Of a stretch of DNA of 64,000 nucleotides, positions 27,455 to 41,702 are shown in pieces. Numbering within the stretch: the first letter of the stretch is position 1; every line of letters starts with the position of its first letter. Below the pieces are notes generated by a model. It worked only from the letters and a program-made list of their open reading frames with translations. It had not been told where the DNA came from and did no database searches. The DNA is from an uncultured bacterium (GTDB taxonomy: Bacteria; Chloroflexota; UBA5177; JANWHV01): assembly GCA_963827235.1 (NCBI GenBank), contig CAWHAE010000019.1, positions 160,001-224,000 on the forward strand, in the 5' to 3' direction. The position numbers and the translations under genes are program-made.

Positions 27455-29167
27455 CTAGCTCGTGGTAGAGTATCGCCGCTGGAAATCCGCCACGCCCTCG
27501 TCGACCATGTGGTAGATGTGGTCCTCGCCGATCGTCGTCATCGCGTCCGCACGGCGCAGCATGGCGAGCACGGGGTCGCGTACGCGCGCGAGCAGCAAGA
27601 CGATTCCGTCGGACTTGAAGTCCGCGGCCAGGTGGGCCAGGAGGTCGGCGCTTGAAATGTCGAGCGACATGGAGGCCTCCAGGTCCAGCAGGATAGCCCG
27701 GAGTGGCGTCGCAGAAGAATGCACGAGCCCTCGCAGCTTATCGCGCAGCAGCGCGTTGTTGGCAAAGAACAACTGGGCATCCAGGCGGACCACCAGCAGT
27801 CCGGGAATGGTCTCGTTCTCCGGGTGCAGGGTGAGGTCGGCATAGGTGCGCTCGCCGGGGAAGCGGCCGAGCACGGCGACGTGCGGCCGGCTCGTCCGGT
27901 AGATCAGGAGCGCGAACGAAAGACCGACCGCGAAGAGTAGCCCGGGAAGGACGTTCAGCACGAGCTCCCCCAGCAGGGCTGTGACCGAGATCAGGAATGC
28001 CTCCCTGCTGACACGGAAGAGTCGCCGCAGTTCGCCGACGTCGAAGATGTGCCAGATGGCGGCGATCACGATTGCGCCCAGCGTCGCCTCGGGCAGGTTA
28101 TGAAACAACGGAGTCAGGAACAGACCGGTGATGAGCACGAGCACGGCGGTGACTATGCCCGAGACCTGGCTCTGCGCCCCCGCGCTATCGTTGACCGTGG
28201 TCTTGGAGAGGCTTCCCGTGACTGCAAAGCCATGCAGGAATCCGGCAGCGAGGTTGGCGGTCCCGAGCGCGATCAGCTCCTGGTTGGGATCGAGCTCATC
28301 CTGCTTGGCGGAGGAGGTTCTCTGGATGGTGCCCAGATGCTCGGCATAGCCGACCAGCACGACGCCGAGCGCGGCAGGCAGAAGGGACGATATGTCACTC
28401 GACCTCATGGCGGGTAAGCCGGCAGTCGGCAGCCCGGCGGGGATGGTACCTGCCACCTTCACTCCGTGGTGCGCGAGGTCCAGGAGTGTTACTGCCAGCG
28501 TGCCGGCGGCGACGGCAACCAGGGCGGCGGGCGCGCGGGGAACGAACCGCCGCAGTCCGAAGAGGATCACCAGGCTGCCGCCGCCGATCGCCAGTGTCCA
28601 GCCGTTCGTTCCGTCTAGACGGTGCGCCAGACCGTTCAGCTTCTCGAAGAAGTTGCCTGAGGTGCCCGTGATGCCGAGCAGCTTGGGTACCTGCCCGATG
28701 GCCACCACCATGCTCAGCCCGAACATGAAGCCGGACATCACCGGCCGCGAAAGGAAAGAAGCGACGAAGCCGAGGCGGGCGAAGCCGCAGAGCACGGCTA
28801 TCGCACCCGCGAGCAGCGCCATCTCGGCGGTCAGCGCACCGTAGCGCGCGGCGCTGCCCAGCGCCATCGGCGCCACTGCGGCGGCCGACATGACCGCCAG
28901 GGCGGAGTCGCCGCCGACCACGGCCTGCCGCGACCGGCCGAGCAGCGCATAGGCGAGGAGCACTCCCGGAGCCAGCGAGAGCGCGGCCACGGCAGGCACT
29001 CCGGCGAGCTGCGCGTAGGCCACGCTCTCCGGCACGAGGATCGCCCACACGGTGGCGCCGGCCACCAGGTCGGAGCGCAGCCAGGTCGCCTTGTAGGAGG
29101 GCAGCCAGGTCAGGATCGGCACGTACCGCCGGATTGGCGCGGGCACACGCGACGTCCCTGCAATCAT
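27455..29167 (-). CDS. SulP family anion permease with STAS domain
   Basis: DLVAGATVWAILVPESVAYA, NQELIALGTAN, GSLSKT, LFFAN, STAS LDLEASMSLDIS. Confidence 0.93.
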   Translation of the reverse strand: MIAGTSRVPAPIRRYVPILTWLPSYKATWLRSDLVAGATVWAILVPESVAYAQLAGVPAVAALSLAPGVLLAYALLGRSRQAVVGGDSALAVMSAAAVAPMALGSAARYGALTAEMALLAGAIAVLCGFARLGFVASFLSRPVMSGFMFGLSMVVAIGQVPKLLGITGTSGNFFEKLNGLAHRLDGTNGWTLAIGGGSLVILFGLRRFVPRAPAALVAVAAGTLAVTLLDLAHHGVKVAGTIPAGLPTAGLPAMRSSDISSLLPAALGVVLVGYAEHLGTIQRTSSAKQDELDPNQELIALGTANLAAGFLHGFAVTGSLSKTTVNDSAGAQSQVSGIVTAVLVLITGLFLTPLFHNLPEATLGAIVIAAIWHIFDVGELRRLFRVSREAFLISVTALLGELVLNVLPGLLFAVGLSFALLIYRTSRPHVAVLGRFPGERTYADLTLHPENETIPGLLVVRLDAQLFFANNALLRDKLRGLVHSSATPLRAILLDLEASMSLDISSADLLAHLAADFKSDGIVLLLARVRDPVLAMLRRADAMTTIGEDHIYHMVDEGVADFQRRYSTTS

Positions 29168-29346
29168 GACGCCTCACAGCCCCGGATCTGGTGCGATAGA
29201 TGGCGCGCCGACGGCAGTTCCGTCACCCCCTGGCGTTCGCCATGCCAATTTGGCAGCCCGGTTCTGCAGCATCATACCACCGGCTGCCGGCCGGCGAAAC
29301 GACCTTTACGCATTACCCGGCGGTGCTACCGGCCTGAAAGGGCGTT

Positions 29347-30831
29347 TCATACTCCGGTCTGCGCCTTGATCCGTCCGCTAGCCGCGGCCGCCACGAGCGC
29401 CTTGTGGTCAAGAGCGTTCTGCGCGGCATAGGTCGCGGCGAAGGCGGCAATCGCCCGCTCGAAGGCGTCGCCGGTGCCCAGGTAGGCGGCGATGGCAACG
29501 CGATCGCCGGACCGCGCATGCGCCCGCGCGAGCGTCCAACCGCATAGTCGGCCATAGACGAGCAGGGCAGCCGGCTCGATCGTCTCGAGGTCCGCCGAGT
29601 ACTTCCAGTCCCAGAGCTGCCGCAGGTAATGGTCGCGCACGGTGCCGTACAGCGACTGCACGCGATCCCAACCCAGCAGGATGTCGGTAACGCCCTGGGT
29701 CAGCCGCTGGCCTTCCACGACGCGCTGCGCGTGATTGGAGTAGGCGCTCTTGCCCGCATACGGCTCCAGCACCGAAGCGCGGGCCTCCTTGACCTGCAGA
29801 AAGAGAGGATCGGTCTCGTCGCGTCCGAACAGCAGGATGATCCAGGTCTCGGTGCCCACGCTGCCGACGCCCACCACCTTGCGCGCCAGGTGCACGGGCC
29901 GGAAGCGCTCCAACAGCTTCCGGCGGTCGCCGAGCAGCGTGCGGCTGTAGCGGTCGAGCCAGGTCCGCACCACGTCCGCTATCCAGGCGGGATCGGCGGC
30001 CGGCATCAGCTCTTCGACGGGGACGAGGAGGGGCGGCCGGCTGACGATGCACACTTGCCCATCCACTCGATGCGTGAGCTTGGCAAGGGCATGTCTGTTG
30101 TCCCGCTTCTGGGCCAGCGTCATGCCTCTTTCGATACCGCGCGTCACCTCGGCGTGCGCTTGAGCGCCCCAGCGCGCGCGGATGGCCGCTAGATCCAGCT
30201 CGGCGTACCACACTGCGAGCTCCCGCATTGCCGCGAACTCGCGCATCGCCAACCGGTACTCTTCGACCAGCGCAAGCACGATCGCTCGGCGATCCTTGGC
30301 GCTGCAGCCGCGATCCTGGGCGGCAATCTCGGCGCTGGCCGCAAGCCGTTTGACGTCCCACTCGAACGGGCCTGGCAGTGTTTCGTCGAAGTCGTTGATG
30401 TTGAAGAGGAGATCCCGCTCGGGCGAGCCGAAGCCGCCGAAGTTGGCCAGGTGCGCGTCGCCGCAGAGCTGCACGCGCAACCCCGAGCTGGGAGTGCGCG
30501 CTAGGTCCGCCGCCATGATTCCGGCGGCGCCTCGATAGAAGGCAAAGGGCGACGCCAGCATGCGCCCATACCTGATCGGCACCAGGTCGGGCAGGCGGAC
30601 CGAGGCCTCGGCCTCGAGCAGAGCGATCGGATCCTGGCGGTCCGCCGCCGGCGCATAGGCTGCGTGGTCCGCACGGCGGGCCGTCGCGCGGGCGGCCTTG
30701 CCCAGCGCGGCGCGGTCCGCGACGGCGGCAGGGAGGCGTGCCTCCCGGGCGGTGCCGGGACCGGCCGGCGGCGCGGTATTCTCCTCCGGATTGGCGGGGT
30801 CACTGCCGGTGGGTTGCTCATGCATGGTCAC
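29347..30831 (-). CDS. DUF2252 domain protein (kinase-like)
   Basis: RYGRMLASPFAFYRGAA, CGDAHLANFG, INDFDET, WDVKRLAAS, KVVGVGSVG, LQVKEA, LARAHARSGD. Confidence 0.9.
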   Translation of the reverse strand: MTMHEQPTGSDPANPEENTAPPAGPGTAREARLPAAVADRAALGKAARATARRADHAAYAPAADRQDPIALLEAEASVRLPDLVPIRYGRMLASPFAFYRGAAGIMAADLARTPSSGLRVQLCGDAHLANFGGFGSPERDLLFNINDFDETLPGPFEWDVKRLAASAEIAAQDRGCSAKDRRAIVLALVEEYRLAMREFAAMRELAVWYAELDLAAIRARWGAQAHAEVTRGIERGMTLAQKRDNRHALAKLTHRVDGQVCIVSRPPLLVPVEELMPAADPAWIADVVRTWLDRYSRTLLGDRRKLLERFRPVHLARKVVGVGSVGTETWIILLFGRDETDPLFLQVKEARASVLEPYAGKSAYSNHAQRVVEGQRLTQGVTDILLGWDRVQSLYGTVRDHYLRQLWDWKYSADLETIEPAALLVYGRLCGWTLARAHARSGDRVAIAAYLGTGDAFERAIAAFAATYAAQNALDHKALVAAAASGRIKAQTGV

Positions 30832-31132
30832 ACCTCCGCCTGTATAGTCGCACCGGACGCTTCAGCCCGCAAGCCATGTGCGGACCGCTTCCGAGCTGTG
30901 CCACGGCACGGTACATGCCGGTCAATCAGATCTGGTAGCCTGTCATGTGCGTGCGCTGGCAGACTTGCCTGCACATCTGCCCCGCGGGCTCTCGCCGTGG
31001 TCCGCCTCCTTTCGCTTCTTGCGGCCGGACTTCGGCAATCAGCGTGGATGGAGTACGACACGACGTAGATCTGTCGCGCCCGTTGGCGGCGGACGTCTGC
31101 GGCCGAACGGCACGACTCCCTGGAGGTGAACC

Positions 31133-32488
31133 ATGGACGATCTGCTCCGCGATGCCGCGGAACGGGGAATTGCCTATCGGCGCTCGCTCGCCGAGAGGAG
31201 CGTTGCTCCTGCCGCGAGCGCTGTTGCCGCGCTCGACGCTCTGGATGGTCTGCTTCCGGATGGGCCTTCGGACCCATCCGATGTGCTGGCGTTGCTCGAT
31301 GATGTGGGCTCGCCGGCCACGATCGCCAGCGACGGTGGACGCTACTTCGGCTTCGTGATCGGGGGCTCGCTACCGGCCGCGCTGGCCGCGAGTTGGCTGG
31401 CCGGCGCCTGGGACCAGAATGCCGGCATGATCGCCTCTTCGCCGGTCGGCGCGCGGCTGGAGAGCATCGCGATCGGTTGGCTGCTCGATCTGCTGGGCCT
31501 GCCCGCCGGTTGCGGATGCGGCGTGGTGACCGGCGCAACCATGGCTAACTTTGCCGGTCTGGCCGCGGCACGGCATGCGGTGCTGGCCGGCGCAGGCTGG
31601 AACGTGGAGTCGCAAGGGCTGTTCGGCGCACCGCCGATCGCCGTGATCGTGGGGGATGAGGTACACGTCAGTGTGCTCAAAGCCCTCACCCTGCTGGGCT
31701 TCGGGCGCGATCGCCTTGTGCGCGTGCCCGTGGACGACCAGGGGCGGATCAGAGCGGACTCGCTGCCGCCGATTGCCGGACCGACCATCGTGTGCGTACA
31801 GGCGGGCAACGTGAATACCGGCGCCTTCGACCCGATTGCCGAGGTCGGCGCGGCCGCGCGGGCGGGCGGCGCCTGGCTGCACGTGGATGGGGCTTTCGGC
31901 CTCTGGGCCGCCGCGGCCCCGGAGCGGACTCATCTGGCACACGGCGTGAGCGCGGCGGATTCGTGGAGCACCGACGCGCACAAGTGGCTGAACACGCCGT
32001 ACGACTGCGGACTGGCCTTCGTGCGAGAGCCTGCGCACCTGCGCGCCGCCATGTCGACCAGCGAGGCCGCCTACCTGGTAGACGCCGGAAGGCGCGAGCC
32101 GTGGCACTACGTGCCCGAGATGTCCCGCCGGGCGCGGGGCATCGAAGTGTGGGCCGCGCTGCGCCAGCTCGGCCGGTCGGGCGTGGCCGACCTGGTAGAG
32201 CGGACCTGCCGCTACGCGAAGCGGTTCGCCGATGGCCTGCAGGCGGCGGGGTACCGTGTGCTCAACGACGTGGTATTGAACCAGGTATTGGTGACGTTCG
32301 GCGACGCCGAGACTACCAGGCGGGTGATCGCAGCGCTGCAGGACGACGGCACCTGCTGGTGTGGCGGCACGGTCTGGCAGGGTCACACTGCCATGCGGAT
32401 CAGCGTCTCCTCGGCTGCCACGACGGCGGAGGACGTGGAGCACAGCTTGGCAGCCATGATCGCGGTTGCCGGCCGGCACGCCGGATAG
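31133..32488 (+). CDS. PLP-dependent group II amino acid decarboxylase
   Basis: GNVNTGAFD, WLHVDGAFG, STDAHKWL (PLP lysine), EMSRRARG. Confidence 0.9.
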   Translation: MDDLLRDAAERGIAYRRSLAERSVAPAASAVAALDALDGLLPDGPSDPSDVLALLDDVGSPATIASDGGRYFGFVIGGSLPAALAASWLAGAWDQNAGMIASSPVGARLESIAIGWLLDLLGLPAGCGCGVVTGATMANFAGLAAARHAVLAGAGWNVESQGLFGAPPIAVIVGDEVHVSVLKALTLLGFGRDRLVRVPVDDQGRIRADSLPPIAGPTIVCVQAGNVNTGAFDPIAEVGAAARAGGAWLHVDGAFGLWAAAAPERTHLAHGVSAADSWSTDAHKWLNTPYDCGLAFVREPAHLRAAMSTSEAAYLVDAGRREPWHYVPEMSRRARGIEVWAALRQLGRSGVADLVERTCRYAKRFADGLQAAGYRVLNDVVLNQVLVTFGDAETTRRVIAALQDDGTCWCGGTVWQGHTAMRISVSSAATTAEDVEHSLAAMIAVAGRHAG

Positions 32489-32688
32489 CACCCGTGGCTG
32501 TGTCCCGCTCGGGCTAGCATCCAACCCGGACGGGTCGAACCGCCCTCGACCGGGCACAACGGTTCGACCGGGGCCTCCTTGCACCTGCCCGGCGCCCACT
32601 TGGAGGGGCATCTTGTAATGGTCTGGATGGTTCTGGCCACGATGTGCTGGTGCGTGTGCCTCGCGGCCTCTCGAGGATTGGGGAATCA

Positions 32689-33729
32689 ATGGCTGTGAAT
32701 CAGCGCAAGCTCATTCTCGCTCAAACCCAGTCGCCCGGCGACATCATCATGTTGACAGCCGCCGTACGCGATCTGCATCTTGCATATCCGTCGCGGTTTC
32801 TCACCGACGTTCGCACGCCGTCTCCCGCTCTCTGGGAGAACAATCCCTATGTGACGAAGCTCAGCGAGTCCGATCCCGGCGTTGAGGTCATCGACTGCCA
32901 GTACCCGCTCATCCATCGCAGCAACGTGGCGCCATATCATTTCCTACACGGCTTCATCCACTTTCTCAATGGGCGACTGGGAGTCTCGGCGGAGCCGACT
33001 CTCTTCAAAGGAGACATCCATCTCTCGGAAGCGGAAAGGGCCCAACCGTCCCGCGTGCAAGAGATCACGGGTGCGCCGATGCCGTACTGGATCATCGTGG
33101 CGGGCGGGAAGCGCGACTTCACGATCAAGTGGTGGGACCACTCTCGCTTCCAGGAGGTGGTCGACTATTTCCAGGGCAAGATCCTGTTCGTGCAGACAGG
33201 GCGGCCCGACCACCATCATCCTGAGCTGCATGGCGTGCTCGATCTCAGGGGCTACACGGACCTGAGGCAGCTTGTGCGCCTCGTCTACCATGCACAGGGA
33301 GTGCTCTGCCCGGTCACCATGCTCATGCATCTGGCCGCGGCGGTGGAGGTCAAAGGCGGGATACCGATCAACAGGCCATGCGTGGTCGTGGCCGGTGGAC
33401 GGGAGCCGCCGCACTGGGAAGCCTACCCCCACCATCAGTACATACATACTGCCGGTGCCCTGCTCTGTTGCGACAACGGTGGCTGCTGGAAGGCGCGGAC
33501 CGTGCCGGTGGGTGACGGCGACGCCAGGGATCTGCCTGAGAACCTCTGCGTGGACGTGCGCAACGGCCTGCCGCATTGCATGGACATGATCACATCGGCC
33601 GAAGTCGCGCGCCGGATTGAGCTCTACTTCGAGGGTGGCACGACTCGCTATCTGACGAGCAATGAGTACCTGCACGCGCGATTGGCGATCGAGAAGCCCA
33701 GGCCCGGCGCCGCGGGCGAGAGCTCCTGA
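32689..33729 (+). CDS. Divergent GT9-like glycosyltransferase with a Cys-rich C-terminus
   Basis: QSPGDIIMLTAAVRDLH, KRDFTIKWW, DLRGYTDLRQLVRL, MHLAAA, CCDNGGCWKAR...HCMDMI. Confidence 0.75.
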   Translation: MAVNQRKLILAQTQSPGDIIMLTAAVRDLHLAYPSRFLTDVRTPSPALWENNPYVTKLSESDPGVEVIDCQYPLIHRSNVAPYHFLHGFIHFLNGRLGVSAEPTLFKGDIHLSEAERAQPSRVQEITGAPMPYWIIVAGGKRDFTIKWWDHSRFQEVVDYFQGKILFVQTGRPDHHHPELHGVLDLRGYTDLRQLVRLVYHAQGVLCPVTMLMHLAAAVEVKGGIPINRPCVVVAGGREPPHWEAYPHHQYIHTAGALLCCDNGGCWKARTVPVGDGDARDLPENLCVDVRNGLPHCMDMITSAEVARRIELYFEGGTTRYLTSNEYLHARLAIEKPRPGAAGESS

Positions 33730-33859
33730 CCGCGTGAAGCGCCTTTGCCGGCCACCGGATTCCCGTGCGTGCTCGCAGGCTCCCGCCGCAACGTGCTGCT
33801 GCCGCTGGCGTGCGGAGCGACCGGAGCACCTTTTCGGCGGCTCCGGGACTATATACGGC

Positions 33860-33973
33860 ATGTCCACTTCGAGTAGTACCATAGGGGCGCCACGAGCTAT
33901 CGTCGCGCTGGTGATCATGGGAATCTTCGTCTCGGTCGTGCCGCCGGTGATTGTGCTCCTCGCCTGGCCTTAG
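33860..33973 (+). CDS. Putative small single-TM membrane peptide (37 aa)
   Basis: MSTSSSTIGAPRAIVALVIMGIFVSVVPPVIVLLAWP; weak RBS. Confidence 0.35.
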   Translation: MSTSSSTIGAPRAIVALVIMGIFVSVVPPVIVLLAWP

Positions 33974-34028
33974 AACTGGTACGGCGAGGTCGCGGCCGGT
34001 TTGATGTGCGGCCGAGCACATGTATTGA

Positions 34029-37804
<3,776 letters not shown>

Positions 37805-38376
37805 CCGCTCGTCGGTCCCGCCACGCCCGTGCGTCGCATCAGGCGCCGTGGGCGTGGCGGGCCAGCCTGGCGGCGCCCAGTCGGCGGCCTTCGTGCACGC
37901 CCTGTTCCCTATCCATCCGGGACCGCGGAGCCCCGTCTGCTGCCATCCGGCCGCCGTCGGAGCTACCCTGTGCCCCCTTCCATCCCTTTCACGGGTAGGT
38001 GTTCAAGCGCAGATCGGCGTGCTCGAACTTTGCATGGCAGCTGGGAGCGGCCAGTCGGGCGAGAGGAGTGTCATGCGCGGGAGGGGGCGGCTGGTGAGCT
38101 GGGTGGCGATAACCGATGAGCCAACCAAGGCGGTCCTGGCGGACGAGTCGGCGGCGGCTGGCGGGTGTGGCAGCGCCCCAGAGGGGCAAGCGGCCGTCCT
38201 GCTCGGTCGTGTTACCGATGGCGAGGAACATGAAGATGCACAAGGCCAGGGGCAGCCAGAGGCGCTAAGCGCCCGTGAAGGCTCCGCCCAATCATGTTAC
38301 CTATCGACCACCTGTGCTACAGTGAACCGAGGCGTTAGGTAACATGCAGAGGTGACGACGCCGATGGAGGGGAAAG

Positions 38377-41300
38377 GTGCCAAGGCGCGTGTCACACGCC
38401 GTGCGATGGCTTTCGCAGAGACAGTGCTATGTGCTCCAGTGCGGCGCCGACCCCGCGGGTCAGGTAGTGCTGCCCGGCGACGCGGCCTGGCTCGACTGGC
38501 TCGACCAGATCGCCTCCTTCTCCTTCCAGGGTCGATCCGGCAACTACTGCACCGTCCGACGGGAGACACTGCGGCGCGGCGGCGCTTATTGGTACGCCTA
38601 CCGCTCGCTGCAGGGACGAACGGTCAAGCGCTACCTCGGCCGGACAGCCGATCTCACCATCGCCCGCCTGGAAGAGGTCGCCGACCGCATCGCCGCCGCA
38701 TCGTCCGCCAGTCCGCGGACGGCGGCGGGAGTATCCGAGGGCCTCATAGCCGGCGGTTCTCGCGCCACTAACCCTGGCCGCCCCTCGGCGCAGCCGGCGT
38801 CGCTGCTGGCCTCCAAGCTCCATCCGCCTCGCCTCCCGGGGGCGCTGGTCCGGCGCCTGCGCCTGGTCGATCGGCTCGACACGGGCCGGCTGTGCAAGCT
38901 GACGCTGGTCGCCGCCCCGGCAGGCTTCGGCAAAACCACGCTGGTCCGTCAGTGGATCGAGGGGAGCGCGCCCGCCAGTCTGCCGGCCTGGGTCTCGCTC
39001 GATGCGGGCGACGACGACCCTATGCTATTCTGGCGCTACGTGATCACCGCCTGCCAGGCGCTGCAGTCCGGGCTGGGCACCTGGGCCCTGGCACAGCTTT
39101 CCGGCGCCATGCAGTCGCCCTTCGAGCCGCCGTCGCTGGAGGCCGTGCTGACGCCCTTCCTCAACGACCTCGCCCATCTGGCGCGGGAGGGACTGCTGAT
39201 CCTGGACGACTTTCATCTGATTACCGCACCCCGCATCCACGAGACGTTCACCTTCTTCGTCGATCACCTGCCGTCGACGCTCCATCTCGTGCTGCTGACG
39301 CGCCACGAACCGCCCTTGCCGCTTCCGCGCTGGCGGGCCAGGGCCGAGCTCGCGGAGCTGCACGCCACGGACCTGCGCTTCTCGCTGGAGGAGACCACGG
39401 CCTTCTTCCGGCATACCCTGCCCTTTGCACTCCCCGAGACGGCCATCGCCCAGCTCGACGCGCGCCTGGATGGATGGGCCGTGGGACTGCGCCTGTTGGC
39501 CCTGACCATGCAGGGATTGCCGGCGCCGCGCGACGTGGAACGCTACCTCGCCGGCCTGCACGAGGGCCCGGACGCCGCTCAGCCGCACCGGGCCATCCTC
39601 GACTATTTCCTCACCGAGGTCCTGCAGAAGCAGCCGGAGCCGCTCCAACTCTTCCTCCTGCAGACGAGCGTGCTTGACCGTCTCACCGGCTCGCTCTGCG
39701 ACGAGCTGACGGGCCGGCACGATAGCGCCGCGTTGCTCGAGGCGATGGAACGTGCCGGTCTTTTCCTGGAGTCACTGGACGATGCCGGACGGTGGTACCG
39801 CTACCATGCTCTCTTCGCCGACGCCATGCGGGCCACGGCGCGTCTCCGCTTGGGCGACGATGCCCTGCGCGCGCTGTCCCTGCAGGCCAGCCACTGGTAC
39901 GAGCGGCAGGGATTGCCGGCCGAGGCCATCGACGCCGCCCTGCAGGGCGGTGATGCCGAGCGCGCTGCCAGCCTGATCGAGCGCCTCGCCGACGCGAGCA
40001 ACCTCCGCTTCGACCAGGTCCATCCCCTGCGGCGCTGGCTGGAGAGCATCCCGGATGAGATCCGCTGGGCCCGCCCCCGCCTGTGCCTGGCCCATGCCGT
40101 GGCGATCGTCACTACCCAGCTACCGATCGCGCCGGCACCCGCGCTCATGGCGCGGGTGCATGAGGAGCTACGCCGGGCAGACGACGGCTGGCGCGCGGCC
40201 GGCGACCTGGCCGGGCGCGGCGAGGTGTGGACCTTTCGCGCCACGCTCGCCTGGCGAGAAGGGCAGATTGCTCAGGCGGCACGCGATGCCCGCCAGGCGC
40301 TCGCCTGGCTAGCGGACGGCGAGGACCGGAGCACCGACGGCGCCGGAGCGCTCCCCGCGCTGCTGGAATGGCACGCCATCATCACCGCCATCCTCGGCAA
40401 CGAGGCTCTGGAATCCGGCGACATGGGGGAAGCCCTGCGCCTCCTGCACGAAGTGAACCGGCGCAGCATCGCCACCGATAACCGGCCATTCGTGCGGCTC
40501 TCTCGGCTGCTGCTCGCGACCGCGCACGTCGCGCTGGGCGAGTTACACCAGGCAGAGGTCTACTATCGCCAGGTGCTACCCGATGCCAGGGACCAGGATG
40601 ATCAGGAGGATCTCGTATTTATCGGCATCGGCCTCGCCGAGCTGTGCTATGAGTGGAACGACCTCGATGCGACCGAGCGGCTGGTCGGCGAGGCGCGCGA
40701 TCGGGGCATATTGCCGGGCTTACCCGAGCTTGAGGAGCATCTGGCCTTCAGGCAGGCGCTTGTGTTGCACGCCCGCGGGCACACCGGGGCGGCCCTGCAG
40801 CAGCTCACCGGCATCCTGGCGCGTTTGCAGGCCATCTCCTCGCCACGGGCCGTCCAGGCTCTCCCCATCGTGCGGAGCTGGCAGGGCCGCCTGCAGCTCC
40901 TGGCCGGGGACCTCTTCGCGGCTCAGCGAGGCTTCGAAGACCTGGGCAGGGTCGAGGAGAACGACAGCCCCAGCTCTCGGGCCATGGTGCAGATTCTCGC
41001 CGCACGGGTGCTACTCTCTCAGGGGCAACATCAGGGTGCCCTGTCACGACTCGAGACCCTGCTGACCCTGGCCCAGGAGCAGCGCCGCGTGCGCCAGGCC
41101 CTGGAGATCCGCGTGCTCAAGTCGCTGGCCCTCGCCGCCTGCCGGAGAGGGCCGGAGGCCCGCCAGGAGCTGCACCTGGTGCTGGCGCAATGCTGCGGCG
41201 AAGGCTTCATGCGCCTGTTCCTCGACGAGGGCCCATCGCTGGCCGCCCTGCTGCGCTCGCTGCTGCCCTCTCTGCACGGGCCGGCGCTCCGTTCCTACGC

Positions 41301-41565
41301 GCGCTCCATCCTGCAGGCATTCGGCGCCGTGCCGGAAGCACCGGCGATGGCCGCGGCGGATACGCTGCCGATCGAGCCGCTTTCAACGCAGGAAGAGCGG
41401 GTGCTGCGGCTGCTGGCAGCCGGACGCTCCAATCCCGAGATCGCGGGCGAGCTGTTCGTCTCCGTGAACACGGTGAAGGGCCACGTCAAGAGCCTCTATC
41501 GCAAGCTCAACGTACGGCATCGCCTGGAAGCCGCCGACGCCGCGCGCCGCATAGCGCAGCGCTGA
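38377..41565 (+). CDS. MalT-like ATP-dependent LuxR regulator with extra N-terminal domain
   Basis: N-terminal WLDWL...YWYAYR...KRYLG module, SKLHPP, APAGFGKTT, LDDFH, WYRYHALF, TPR region, C-terminal LuxR HTH. Confidence 0.92.
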   Translation: MPRRVSHAVRWLSQRQCYVLQCGADPAGQVVLPGDAAWLDWLDQIASFSFQGRSGNYCTVRRETLRRGGAYWYAYRSLQGRTVKRYLGRTADLTIARLEEVADRIAAASSASPRTAAGVSEGLIAGGSRATNPGRPSAQPASLLASKLHPPRLPGALVRRLRLVDRLDTGRLCKLTLVAAPAGFGKTTLVRQWIEGSAPASLPAWVSLDAGDDDPMLFWRYVITACQALQSGLGTWALAQLSGAMQSPFEPPSLEAVLTPFLNDLAHLAREGLLILDDFHLITAPRIHETFTFFVDHLPSTLHLVLLTRHEPPLPLPRWRARAELAELHATDLRFSLEETTAFFRHTLPFALPETAIAQLDARLDGWAVGLRLLALTMQGLPAPRDVERYLAGLHEGPDAAQPHRAILDYFLTEVLQKQPEPLQLFLLQTSVLDRLTGSLCDELTGRHDSAALLEAMERAGLFLESLDDAGRWYRYHALFADAMRATARLRLGDDALRALSLQASHWYERQGLPAEAIDAALQGGDAERAASLIERLADASNLRFDQVHPLRRWLESIPDEIRWARPRLCLAHAVAIVTTQLPIAPAPALMARVHEELRRADDGWRAAGDLAGRGEVWTFRATLAWREGQIAQAARDARQALAWLADGEDRSTDGAGALPALLEWHAIITAILGNEALESGDMGEALRLLHEVNRRSIATDNRPFVRLSRLLLATAHVALGELHQAEVYYRQVLPDARDQDDQEDLVFIGIGLAELCYEWNDLDATERLVGEARDRGILPGLPELEEHLAFRQALVLHARGHTGAALQQLTGILARLQAISSPRAVQALPIVRSWQGRLQLLAGDLFAAQRGFEDLGRVEENDSPSSRAMVQILAARVLLSQGQHQGALSRLETLLTLAQEQRRVRQALEIRVLKSLALAACRRGPEARQELHLVLAQCCGEGFMRLFLDEGPSLAALLRSLLPSLHGPALRSYARSILQAFGAVPEAPAMAAADTLPIEPLSTQEERVLRLLAAGRSNPEIAGELFVSVNTVKGHVKSLYRKLNVRHRLEAADAARRIAQR

Positions 41566-41585
41566 GGCGCACCCTTCCCCCCGTT

Positions 41586-41614
41586 ACCACCCCATGACCA
41601 CCCGGCCGGATGGT
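41586..41614 (+). promoter_or_regulatory. Putative activator site upstream of the MFS gene
   Basis: ACCACCC repeated at 11-bp spacing (41586, 41597) followed by inverted GGATGGT (41608-41614). Confidence 0.4.
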
Positions 41615-41702
41615 GTGGCCCCACCCGCTTGTCCCCTACGCTCGGTAGGAGCCAATGATAGCGCGTGGATGACAACGAGGCACTTGGAGAAGGACACAAG
41701 AC

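Noticed and set aside
37810-38340. Short ORFs between the gluconolactonase and the MalT-like regulator
   Set aside because: No RBS, motif or consistent frame; possibly decayed sequence, but I cannot identify it.
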